38,627 nt of DNA from Octopus bimaculoides (Eukaryota). The stretch is taken from contig NC_068995.1 in NCBI RefSeq assembly GCF_001194135.2, positions 55,840,522 to 55,879,148 on the forward strand, read 5' to 3'. Under the pieces are notes generated by a model. It did no database searches and had not been told where the DNA came from. It saw only the letters and a program-made list of their open reading frames with translations. The position numbers and the translations under genes were made by a program. Positions 12,314 through 24,501 of the stretch are shown here, one piece after another (positions within the stretch are counted from its first letter, which is position 1; the number at the start of each line of letters is the position of its first letter).

Positions 12314-13573
12314 NNNNNNNNNNNNNNNNNNNNNNNNNNNNNNNNNNNNNNNNNNNNNNNNNNNNNNNNNNNNNNNNNNNNNNNNNNNNNNNNNNNNNNN
12401 NNNNNNNNNNNNNNNNNNNNNNNNNNNNNNNNNNNNNNNNNNNNNNNNNNNNNNNNNNNNNNNNNNNNNNNNNNNNNNNNNNNNNNNNNNNNNNNNNNNN
12501 NNNNNNNNNNNNNNNNNNNNNNNNNNNNNNNGTCAACTGTTTTAAAGATAACTTACTTTCTATTATGTGTTGGGTTCTTTATCAGAAAAAAAAATGCAAC
12601 AACACCACCAGATATAAACCATTCAGGAATAATGCGCCGAATTATTTCACTGATCATAAATAAACTGTAGTTGTGAACCAACAGACAAAAAAAAAAAAAG
12701 AATAAAATGAAAAGGAAAGAAGCCTCACTGATGGTAACAACTTTGTGCTTCTTAAATGGGAAAAACTAAATGCGCATTAGAACGAAAAGCAAAGGAAAAT
12801 GGCATACAAGTCATGAATTCTTTGTGGCAGTTATGATGTACGAATTTCAATATTATATTAATTATAATATACTATTATAATTATATATCTCTAAATTATA
12901 TGTTAAATTATGAAATAAAGATGAGTAAAAAAGAAAATATATATTTGGTGGTTCTTTTCTTATTTTGCTTTTTATTCTAAACATGGAGGGGGAAAATATT
13001 AAACAACATCAAAACACCGGAGGAAGAAAATAACACTACCAACAACAACAACAACATGGGGCGTGGGAGAAAATAGAAACAACCTCTTTTCTACTACTAT
13101 GCTGGAAATAAAATCAAGGGTGACTTCACCACTAAATCTCCTAATATTAAAATCCCCTTAAACAATATATCGTGCAATGATGCAATTTTATTATGAGGTA
13201 CTCATCAGATATGCATTTGCAGTTTATTAAATTAAGTTGCTACGTCACGACATATTTAGTAAAACAATGTTATAGGCCGCACAAAGTATCTGAAGAAAAC
13301 ATTTAATGCGTCTAAAATTACATAATTAAATAGCATTTTGCATCACGTTTTATTTTGGGAAGAAAAATTATCGAACAAAATGTAAAACACGGTGAAATGT
13401 ATTCATATAATTGCAGGATATTATCTGCATCACATAAAATAAAACTGCATAATTAAGCGTCGTTAAACGTCTTCAGTCGCACAATTAAGCACATTATGTA
13501 TTAAAAAATTTGAATAATTAAACGACTTTATGCGTATCTATATACAAACGCATATATTCAAGCACACACACAG

Positions 13574-13674
<101 letters not shown>

Positions 13675-13836
13675 AAATGAACTCAAAGAAATAATAATCC
13701 AGGGGTGCAAATGACATGTATTTGGTAATTAAGCTAATGGACGCTATATTGAAAGCCGTACGCAATAAATTCTAAATTCATTGATATTTCTCTCTAAATT
13801 GGAGACGGAAAGCAAAGTAAATAAATAAATAGATAA

Positions 13837-13914
<78 letters not shown>

Positions 13915-13974
13915 GTTTGGATAATTCACCTCTAGAAACATGGGTGTTTTGTTCATCGTCCTTAAACAAACGTT

Positions 13975-14215
13975 AGTGAGGGACTTTTTAAGCGGGATGG
14001 GCTACTCGACCTGAAGAAAATTCTAACTGGACCCCCCACCTGCAAGGTCATGCGCTGTTTGTCTTGATATAAGATCGCCATGTTGCGCACATATGGTTGT
14101 GATGCATGTGCCTGGTGTACCCTTATTAAACGGGTATTCACGATGGGTATATTGGGCTTCGTATATTTGTAATCCAGTGTCACTTTGATGGCATATGTTG
14201 CTCTCTCACTCAACA
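13975..14215 (+). mobile_element. SINE/retroposon family C 3' portion ending in (AAT)n
   Basis: ccccccacctgcaaggtcatgcgctgttt...gcacatatggttgtgatgcatgtgcctggtgtaccctta...cagtgtcactttgatggcat...ctctctcactcaacaataataat. Recognised as an abundant octopus repeat; only one copy in this window. Confidence 0.6.
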
Positions 14216-14573
14216 ATAATAATAATAAATAAGTATATAAATAAATACATAAACAAATGAAAGCTAAAAAAACCTGCGACAATTGTTAGCAACTTTAAAG
14301 GAGAAAGGGAGATAACTGCAAGGAATGAAACATTCCTCGAATAATTTTATATGCTCAGGAGAAACGATGGTTTGATCTTTGCTTTCAGGGAATTAAGAAT
14401 TCGTTGCTGCTATATTCAGTACACTACACCCTCACTTTAGTAGACAAATACATGACATGGAATTCTTTCGAGTAAGAATTCTACGTCATGGCTGTGTGGT
14501 AAGAAGTTTACTTCAAGCTGCATAGTTCCAGGATCAGTCCCACTGCGTCATATATATATATATATATATGTAT

Positions 14574-14575
<2 letters not shown>

Positions 14576-14655
<80 letters not shown>
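14576..14655. repeat. (AG)n microsatellite
   Basis: Direct reading; preceded by (AT)n. Confidence 0.95.
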
Positions 14656-14658
<3 letters not shown>

Positions 14659-14776
14659 TGAGAGACAGAGAGAGAGGGAGAGTCAGACAGACGGATGGAT
14701 GTTTTTGAACATCTTGGTATCCAGTAATAAGGTTCGCACGAGGGGTTCTTTAGACGGTTGGTAGGCACCTTGACCC

Positions 14777-14899
14777 TCAACCGGTTTTGTTCCACGTACG
14801 ATTTGCGCTATTCGAACACATGCACAAAGACAACTTAGTTTCAGCCGAATCTCGGAACTGTACCATCAATATGAAATACGTCACTAACATCCCGGCAAC
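14777..14899 (-). CDS. GRL gene A, exon 4 (terminal, TM7b with TYxxxxxQF motif)
   Basis: Acceptor ttgtttctatcttttcag|. Reads [49 protein letters not shown] is an exact match to the GR/GRL signature. Confidence 0.92.
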   Translation of the reverse strand, partial: VAGMLVTYFILMVQFRDSAETKLSLCMCSNSANRTWNKTG

Positions 14900-15103
14900 C
14901 TGAAAAGATAGAAACAATTGTAGTAGAAAGAGTAAGCATGGGTCAGAGTGGTCAAATGGTCAAAGGGTCAAATGGTCAAGAAGATCATGGTTTCGAATTC
15001 AATACCACTTGGTCAGTGGCTCGGACAAGTGTCTTCTATTCCACTATAACCCCAGGACGGCTAATGTCTCTTGAGTGAACTTAGTGGACAGAAACTGTGT
15101 AGA

Positions 15104-15228
15104 AGGTGGCGAGCTGGCAGAATCGTTAGCACGCCGGGCGAAATGCTTAGCGGTATTTCGTTTGCCGTTACGTTCTGAGTTCAAATTCCGCCGAGGTCGA
15201 CTTTGCCTTTCATCCTTTCGGGGTCGAA
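15104..15228 (+). mobile_element. SINE family A 5' half, fused directly after a family-B fragment (about 14975-15103)
   Basis: ggtggcgagctggcagaatcgttagcacgccgggcgaaatgcttagcgg ... gtcgactttgcctttcatcctttcggggtcga. Confidence 0.8.
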
Positions 15229-15669
15229 ATGGAAAACAAAACAAACAACATACAGAACGACCCTTCATCAGTTGTTGGCTGTTTTTCTAGTCTAGTATTT
15301 CGAGCATTCAACAGCAGATATATATATATATATGGAGCGAACATGACACAATGAAGTAGAGAAATTTGAAAAGACAACACGAAACCGGTTATTTCTCAAA
15401 ATACAATGTTTATNNNNNNNNNNTATATATATATATATTTGTTTATGTGTATATGGGTAAGTATATATATATCTATGTATATAGATATGTGTGCATATAC
15501 AGTATATTATATATACTCGCACTTATAAAACCGTTAATTTTTTTTTTCCAGTTGCTATAACGACTTTCAGTTTAGAGTGTTGGATTTATTTATATCGACA
15601 TAAATATCACATTAATTAGTAACTCATGACTTATTTTCAATTTGTAAATTATTCAATGGCCGGATTGCT

Positions 15670-16220
<551 letters not shown>

Positions 16221-16884
16221 TTTATTATTATTAGTAGTAGTAGTTCTGTTTTATTTTTTTGCTAATTTCTTCCCCGATACGATTAATGAGAATTATTATT
16301 TTTTTCACCTTATTACTGTTTTATTTTATGCATTTTATTTCTTTATTCATTCAGTTATTTTGTATCCTTCTTCATTTATTTATCATCCAATTCCGAGAAC
16401 CTCTAAACCAATTTATTGACTTGTTAAAGAGATTATTTAATGATGTAAATATTGTGATTTATACGAGTTTAATAAAAGAACGGACACATACACACACTGA
16501 TCTCTGTGTCCGTCTTTCTGTTTCTCAGTATGTATGTATGCATGTATGTATTTATGTATGTATGTATGTATGTATGTATGTATGTATGTATGTATGAACG
16601 AATCAACGAATGGATGAACGGATGGATGGATGGATGCATGAAATGTGTATATATATCTTTATATATATAACAATTATCCTCTTTCTCTGTCTCCTTATAC
16701 ATACATACATACATACATACATATAAATATACATATACATACACGCATTAATAAATACACGGAAACATATCATATATGTATATATATACACACACACTCA
16801 CATACATTTATGTATACCATGTGCGTGTGTGTACGTGTGTGTGCGTGTGTGTGTGCGTGTGTATGTGTGTGCATGAGTGTGTGT

Positions 16885-16923
<39 letters not shown>

Positions 16924-17162
16924 TGTTTGAAGTGGTGTACAAGCTTTATACAGTAATCCTTTGACTATCACGGGTGTTACGTTCCAAAACGCCACGCGGT
17001 AGGTGAAAATCCGTGAAGTAGAAACAGTACTGTATATATTTTCTCATTTTGATAATTTATATATATATTTATTTTATTATAAATGCAAAGCAACACTATA
17101 CACTCGCCTCCCGAATTAAGTTTTCTACACGAAACTAATTATTTCACAAGAAATAAATTTTT

Positions 17163-17376
17163 TTCTTTCTGCTATTGGCACAAAGCCTGAAATGTTGTGA
17201 GGAGGGACTAGTCGATCACATCGGTACCAATGCTCAACTGATATTTATTTTATCGACTCTGGGAAAAAGGAAAGGAAATGTCGACTTTGCTATAATTTGA
17301 ACTCGAAACGTAAAGCCGAAGAAATGCTGTCAACGTATTTTGTCCTACGGATGAACGATTCTCCCAGCTCAACGGC
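17163..17376 (-). mobile_element. SINE family A copy (diverged)
   Basis: ggcacaaagcctgaaat ... atcgactctggg ... atttgaactcgaaacgtaaag ... aacgattctcccagctc is the reverse complement of family A. Confidence 0.75.
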
Positions 17377-17737
17377 TTTCCGTGAGAAAAAATTCAACAA
17401 CAACAAAGAAATGTTTAGAATCACAGCTGGTCAAGGCGTTAAATTGCAGGATTACTTTGTCGATAGTATTAAATCGTATGCTTGGCAACAAAACTTGATT
17501 CTCAATTATAGTCCATTTCATATAACTGTCAATAGATATCGTATAACTTTGTAAGTGGTAAGAATTTGAGTTTAAGTGATGTTTTTCAGTCTATAATAGA
17601 ATAGAAGGCAAATACTCTGACGAGCACTAAACAAAATAACGAGTCCCATTCAACGAAAGAGATTTTTCTCAGCTGACTGACGCAACCATCTTTTATAGCA
17701 TAGCGCTGTGGACTTGTAAGATTTATCTCATACTTAC

Positions 17738-17827
17738 GGTTAACAAAGTTTGCCGTGTTATAACAATAATATCACATGCAGTCAAACCAATATCAGGACC
17801 GGACAACTGGTTGACAAACATCAGTAA
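17738..17827 (-). CDS. GRL gene A, exon 3 (30 aa, TM7a region)
   Basis: Acceptor cataatcttctttctag|, donor acc|gtaagt, phase 0/0. Reads LLMFVNQLSGPDIGLTACDIIVITRQTLLT, the typical GR/GRL F...L......GLT......I....LLT segment. Confidence 0.9.
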
Positions 17828-18939
17828 CTAGAAAGAAGATTATGAAAAAAATACTCAGTGAAGGTTTAGTAATAATAATAAAGTATGTGTTAATTTAAGC
17901 GATATCAATAAAGAAAAGTCGGTAGGTTCAATAGTAACATACAACAGCATAATTACCCGATACCAACGAACAAGAGGTGTGTTTCCTTAGGATGGTGGCC
18001 CTTTAGAATTCCTTTCTTGCCCATGTTTTTCTTTTTCCTTTTCCCCACTAACAACTGTTAGTGAAATGTTAACTGTGTAGATCTCTCTGCTTTCATCGGT
18101 CCCTCAAGGGCGATGGACACTCAGTCCCTTTCTTCAGACCAAACCAAACCAATACAATTTTCTAGGGGAAAAAATGCTGAAAGAATCCATCTAGAAAGAA
18201 TTTTCTTTCTTTCTCGTCATGTCTATATAAATGATTGGTGGGTTTGCGATATGAATAATCCTTTGTTGATCTCTTTACACACACACACACACACACACAG
18301 ATCACCTCTAGTACTTGGCTGGGAGTTATCGCATCTGGAAATATAAAAAGTAAATTTCTCTTCACCAGGTTTTGAACTCAAACCGCAGAGGATCGGAATA
18401 AATACAGCAAGGCATTCTTTCCAACGCTGTATAGTCCCCCGCCAATTTCCCACCTTCTAAAATTTCAGTTTCAGCACCAGACTAGATGCTTTACAGGTAT
18501 TTTGTTTCATTTTCTCACGATGTCAAATTCTCTTAAGGTCTTTTTTTAATGAATTCCGATGCCAATCCTCAGCAGAACTAACTTTGCCTTTCACTCCTCC
18601 CAGTTAATAGAATGTGTAACAATAAGTAATTTAGTAAAGACTATTTGCAAGAACGTACTTCTTCCGCTCATTAATTAATCTGCTACTGAGAAGTAAGGAA
18701 TCGCTGTATTAAAAAAATATATTGCGTTTAGGACTACATTTTGTTCAGTACAATTAGTTGTTTAGTCTGCCCTGATTAAAATTTTCTATAATCAAAAGGC
18801 GTTCCAGATATAACCATCCTGTGTTTTTTTGTTTTTTTTTCGTATGTCAGGGACTATATTGATCATTATATCCGAACTTCTCGAAGACAATATCTTATAA
18901 ATAAGGCCAAAAGAACAGTTATAAGAACGAAAAAGATCT

Positions 18940-19360
18940 TCCTTTCAAAAGGCATAAAACTTCACCAAACTGTAATGCCAATTGTCCTCTACAGGGCAGA
19001 AGCTTGGATAATGTACACAGTTATAGAGGAAAAGATAGAAGCCTATTTGCAGATTGGACAAAATAAATTAGAAGAAAGACAGGATAAGAAATGTGGCTGC
19101 GGTGGAAAAGCTGAAAGTCCAAGATTCAAGTCCACAAAGCTATCAGAATTTGTACATACAATGCACCACAACTCACTGCCCGTGACCATCCTGACTGAAA
19201 GTGTCGGGGAGAAGAGAGCAAGAAGCCGCCAAAGACGTTTGTGGTTGGATGACATAAAAAGAAAATAGATTGTTAACAACAATATGGTTGATTATTTGCA
19301 AATAGCACAACATGGAGCGAACTGGAGAGTCTTGGCAAGCCGACACCTGGACACAGGCAG
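18940..19360 (+). mobile_element. RTE-clade LINE relic (C-terminal ORF2), degenerate
   Basis: Reads VMPIVLYRAEAWIM...EEKIEAY...HNSLPVTILTESVGEKRARSRQRRLWLDDIK, matching the RTE pattern LYG.E.W....E.KI.AF...H.SL...IL.G.V.GKR.RGRQR.RW.DDIK. It lies in intron 2 of GRL-A. Confidence 0.75.
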
Positions 19361-19631
19361 AGCGCCTGTTTCATGAAAATATTTCAAGGAATTTGGTTGC
19401 TATTTTTAGCAGGGGAAGAGAACGCACAGCGGCTCCCTCATTGACCTTCTAAGCATATAGTTATATTTAATAAAAATATATTTCTCTACTGAAATTAAGT
19501 TTTAGCAGAATCTTTTGCGCCTTTCATGGTCTTAGAACATCTTTCAATGAAATATTTAAAGGTTTATAATTTCTGTCGTCAAAAAAGCAAAGACGTTTCC
19601 TGAGAATTAATCGAAGATATCAGTTTAATTT

Positions 19632-20020
19632 GCAGGCATGGATGTGTGGTTAAGAAGTTCGCTTTGCAGCCACATGGTTTCTAGTTCAAACCCACGGTGC
19701 GACACCTTGGGTTAGAGTATCCTAGTATAGCTCCGGACTGGCCAATGCCTTGTGATAAATTTGGTAAACGGAAACTGTGTAGAAACCTATCGTATGTATG
19801 TGTGCGTGCGTGCGCGCGCGCGTACGTGTGTGTTTGTGTTTGTCCTCCACTACCATTGACAACCGGTATTGGTTTGTTTATATCCCTATAACTTAGAAGT
19901 TCGGCAAAATAAAGCGATAGAATAAGTACCAGACTATAAGGTAAGTACTGGGGTCGATTTGTTCGACTAAAAACTCAAGGTGGTGCCCCAGCATGGCCGC
20001 AGTCTAACGTCTGAAACAGA
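19632..20020 (+). mobile_element. tRNA-derived SINE, family B (full-length, internal GT/GC microsatellite)
   Basis: Head gcaggcatggatgtgtggttaagaagttcgc ... ttcaaacccac, body gaaactgtgtagaaacc, tail ataagtacc...ctggggtcgat...cgactaaa...ccagcatggccgcagt. A homologous full copy is at 31345-31798, with fragments at about 2878-3010, 10250-10415, 14485-14548 and 14975-15103. Confidence 0.8.
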
Positions 20021-20193
20021 GTGTAAAGAAAAAGGTCAAATATATTTGTTAGATGGAAACAAAGTACGTGGTTCAGTTGGTTATCTACGAGACATAGGTA
20101 CATTCGATCTGGGCCGACCTGAGACTACACAACAATATCTATAGACATAACAACAACAATAACTAAAGCTTAGAAAACTTGTCTTAATCTCAC

Positions 20194-20262
20194 CTCAAGT
20201 TCTTGTTCTTTCATGTTATCGTCCAAATGTAATCTGTGAAGAATTGGCAGCAAATCACGTAT
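20194..20262 (-). CDS. GRL gene A, exon 2 (23 aa)
   Basis: Acceptor tattttttcccctttcag|, donor gag|gtgaga, phase 0/0. Reads IRDLLPILHRLHLDDNMKEQELE. Same 69-nt length as paralog exon 34373-34441 and shares LLP.L. Confidence 0.85.
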
Positions 20263-20903
20263 CTGAAAGGGGAAAAAATACGCAGGGAAAAGTTAACAGA
20301 TTATTTGTGCGATTGTTTAATTTATTTGAATAATGTTTAATTTGTTTGGATAGTTGATATTTTGTAAATCAAAAAAAGAGGTGCTAACGTGGACGATATA
20401 CACTTTGGCATATCACCGCAGATTATTAAAACACTAAAGTGTTTGTCGGCTGGTAGATAACATCAACAGCGATATATCTCGTTAATTTATATTATTCAAC
20501 GCCTCTCTGACGGATGTTAATCGTCAAAGAGATGAATTACAGATAGACATTCCTGAAAAAAGCAGCCATGTATGGCCATCGTTCAAGAATCATTGTAGAA
20601 GCAGCAGAAAACTCAATTTAATTAATTTTTAATTTTTTCCATGTTTCTTACATGTTAATATTACCATTCGAAACGATCGTATACATGGATTAAAATTTTA
20701 CAAAACTTTTAACTTTAATTGTTTATTGAGTTTATATCGGATACGTGCTCATAACAGACCTTATACTTGTAATATTTTCATATCTAAAAAAAATACTTAC
20801 AATAGTAAGCTACCAATTTAATATGAAGAATCTTTATTAGAAATCTAACTTTGGAACCGCCCCCCACCCACCAAAGTAAAAGCTGAAATAGAACTCAACC
20901 TTT

Positions 20904-20940
<37 letters not shown>

Positions 20941-21286
20941 TACACACACATACACACACACATGCACACACACATGCACACACACAAACACACACACACA
21001 CACACACATGAATGTATGTATATAATGTACGTGTGTGTGTTTCCGTACTATAGATAAGGGATTAATCGATTATATCAACCCCAGTATTTGATTGGTTCNN
21101 NNNNNNNNNNNNNNNNNNNNNNNNNNNNNNNNNNNNNNNNNNNNNNNNNNNNNNNNNNNNNNNNNNNNNNNNNNNNNNNNNNNNNNNNNNNNNNNNNNNN
21201 NNNNNNNNNNNNNNNNNNNNNNNNNNNNNNNNNNNNNNNNNNNNNNNNNNNNNNNNNNNNNNNNNNNAAAAAAAAGAACAAAGAGA

Positions 21287-21355
<69 letters not shown>

Positions 21356-21364
21356 GTAACTGAC

Positions 21365-22408
21365 CTCAGCGTTAAGCTTGGCTGGAAAGAACAGAAGTGT
21401 GTACAGATACAGCAACATTGTAACATTGATAACGATGGAGAGGAAAATGAATGCAGATACTTTGGCAAAAAAGATTAAGTGATAAAACATCACGCAAAAC
21501 AAAGGTACTTCGGCGATCAACGATAGCAGTAAAAAATGCATGAAGCATTTATCCAGTTGGTAAATAGTATCACAGAGTCCCTGGAATACTTGTCGATGTT
21601 TTCCTAAATTTCGATAATGTAGACTGGCCGTATTGAGTTCTTCGTTCATGTTCTGTTTCAGTTTTTGCATGTTATTTATAACGAAGTAGCATAGAAACAC
21701 AAAAATACCTACAGATGACGAACAAATGGAGCTATTTATATATATTATAAATAGATCAAAGCACATTTCTACCCAGTTCGCAAAATATTTGTTCAAATAT
21801 TTGGGCCACATTGCGTCCATGAGCAGTTTAGACACATATCCAGAACAGAAGTGAAGCATCAAATGCAGAAAACAGCAGATTAGCGGCGCAATTATGGACA
21901 GACTAATGACAATAGAGAGAAACCTTTTAACTGATTTGGAATAACCCAACGATGCAGTTTTATCCATCATTATGAACAGAGCCGGTATTCTGTCTTCTTT
22001 GTAGAAAATCACCAGAAAAACGATCAATTTGATTAAATTTTCAAGCGACCAAATCAGCCATTGAAGTCTTATAAATAATCCTTCGTCGTAAATACCACCG
22101 ATTCCGTATGTTATCGTACATCGAAATATATTGAAAAGCAATATGGCTCCTATGAAAAGAGAATAGAACTTCCAGAGTATAGACGAGTGCGAAATGTTGC
22201 AGCGTTCGAAACACATTCCACAAATTTTCATTGATAAAATTAATATTCTTATCGATTTATAAATCGTTGTTTTTGTATAGTTCGATGTGGAATGGTTTTG
22301 TAAATTTGGTGGCGCAATGTCGATCGTATGGCTAAATACTTTACACCTTTGAGTGGAGTCGATATTTATACGAGAATTACCACAGATGAAATGAATAAAC
22401 TTGGGCAT
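21365..22408 (-). CDS. Gustatory receptor-like (GRL; 7tm_7-type 7TM ion channel) gene A, exon 1 (348 aa, TM1-TM6)
   Basis: Long non-repetitive ORF with about six hydrophobic segments, ending ...FFPAKLNAE at a phase-0 donor gag|gtcagt. It aligns by eye with the 30111 ORF (L.L.M...GM, LW..YSL..G, LF...QW, FV.LC, FY.LIFF). Confidence 0.9.
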
Positions 22409-23333
22409 TATTTATAAATTCTTTTTTGGAAATTCGGACGATTTGAGGAAACGGAATCACCACATAAATTTGTTTCAGATGTAAAAAATATTTTTACATA
22501 AAACTTAAACTTACGACGAGAAATCAAAAAGGAATATGGAGGTGTCGTTTTTTAAATTTTATTTGAACCATTTCATTTTGAAGTCTTTTGATCATTATTA
22601 TTATTATTATTATTATGTAACTTTTTACTCCTTGACTTTAAATTTTAATTTTTCCTTTTTTACTTTTTGCTTTGAGAGGTTTAAATATTTTGGTTGTTGT
22701 TAAAGTTATTGTGATATTTATCAAAGCTTATCATATTCTTGAAATATTTGCCTTGGGCATATAACATCATCATCCTCATCATCATCATCATCGTCATCAT
22801 TTTCATCATCATCATCATAATCAACTTCATTACAATCATCGTTTTACATCCGTTGCTCAATATTGGCAGCGATTATACTGTATATATTTGTAATCAAAGA
22901 ATAAGAAGTAGGGGTCCTGAACAAGGTATATCTGATTGTAATCCAGGTAGAATGCTTAAGCTGCCACCACAAATTAATCCACGTTATGTAACTAACTCGA
23001 CTTCCTCTTACTAAAAGTAAAGAAAATAAATAATAAAAATAATAACCGAGTAATAACCGGAAAACACGAGGACGAAAAGTAAAATAATATAATAAATAAT
23101 ATAAAAATAAAAATAATGCAAGAGATTTAGAATTTCCAACAATAGTATTGAATTAGCATTTTTCTACTGTTGTTTTGGTTGGTTTTGTTGTTTTAGGTAA
23201 TTGTAATGGTTCTTAAGACAAGACATGGAAGATCGTATAATTTGTGTTATGATTACGTAATTGCATCTTGTTATGTGTTCACCTTGCGTGCTTCGAAACG
23301 GGTATGGCTACGTGCAACGACGAGCATATATGA

Positions 23334-23391
<58 letters not shown>

Positions 23392-24028
23392 NNNNNNNNN
23401 NNNNNNNNNNNNNNNNNNNNNNNNNNNNNNNNNNNNNNNNNNNNNNNNNNNNNNNNNNNNNNNNNNNNNNNNNNNNNNNNNNNNNNNNNNNNNNNNNNNN
23501 NNNNNNNNNNNNNNNNNNNNNNNNNNNNNNNNNNNNNNNNNNNNNNNNNNNNNNNNNNNNNNNNNNNNNNNNNNNNNNNNNNNNNNNNNNNNNNNNNNNN
23601 NNNNNNNNNNNNNNNNNNNNNNNNNNNNNNNNNNNNNNNNNNNNNNNNNNNNNNNNNNNNNNNNNNNNNNNNNNNNNNNNNNNNNNNNNNNNNNNNNNNN
23701 NNNNNNNNNNNNNNNNNNNNNNNNNNNNNNNNNNNNNNNNNNNNNNNNNNNNNNNNNNNNNNNNNNNNNNNNNNNNNNNNNNNNNNNNNNNNNNNNNNNN
23801 NNNNNNNNNNNNNNNNNNNNNNNNNNNNNNNNNNNNNNNNNNNNNNNNNNNNNNNNNNNNNNNNNNNNNNNNNNNNNNNNNNNNNNNNNNNNNNNNNNNN
23901 NNNNNNNNNNNNNNNNNNNNNNNNNNNNNNNNNNNNNNNNNNNNNNNNNNNNNNNNNNNNNNNNNNNNNNNNNNNNNNNNNNNNNNNNNNNNNNNNNNNN
24001 NNNNNNNNNNNNNNNNNNNNNNNNNNNN

Positions 24029-24070
<42 letters not shown>

Positions 24071-24085
24071 AAGAGAGAGAGAGAG

Positions 24086-24140
<55 letters not shown>

Positions 24141-24142
24141 AT
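24029..24142. repeat. (AG)n/(AAAG)n microsatellite at a gap edge
   Basis: Direct reading; a similar compound tract is at 1590-1683. Confidence 0.9.
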
Positions 24143-24373
24143 GAAATAAATAAAGAAATATAGATAGACAGTTAGACAGATGGAATGAGTTAGCATGAGG
24201 CTAAAATACAGACAGACTAAGGGATGTTGGATTAGAAAACGAGAAGATAATGGAGAAATAGATAAAAAAGCAAAATAAAATATACCTGAGGTTTTCCTGA
24301 GAGTTTTCTTGGTGCATCTATTAAATTTTATGAATAGCTGGCAGCTGAGCGAGGAGGATATTTCAGGTACATA

Positions 24374-24409
<36 letters not shown>

Positions 24410-24440
24410 TATATAAATATACATACATACATATATATAT

Positions 24441-24501
<61 letters not shown>

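Noticed and set aside
13180-13455. Weak inverted similarity (atgcaattttattatg / cataaaataaaactgcat)
   Set aside because: Short, AT-rich and imperfect; compatible with chance.
17297-17554. 85-aa plus-strand ORF
   Set aside because: It begins in an antisense SINE-A copy inside GRL-A intron 3 and has no recognisable motif or splice support.
21062-21364. ORF-track C-terminus of the 448-aa ORF (VSYSIIII...)
   Set aside because: Read-through past the gtcagt donor into an (AAT)n microsatellite and an N gap.
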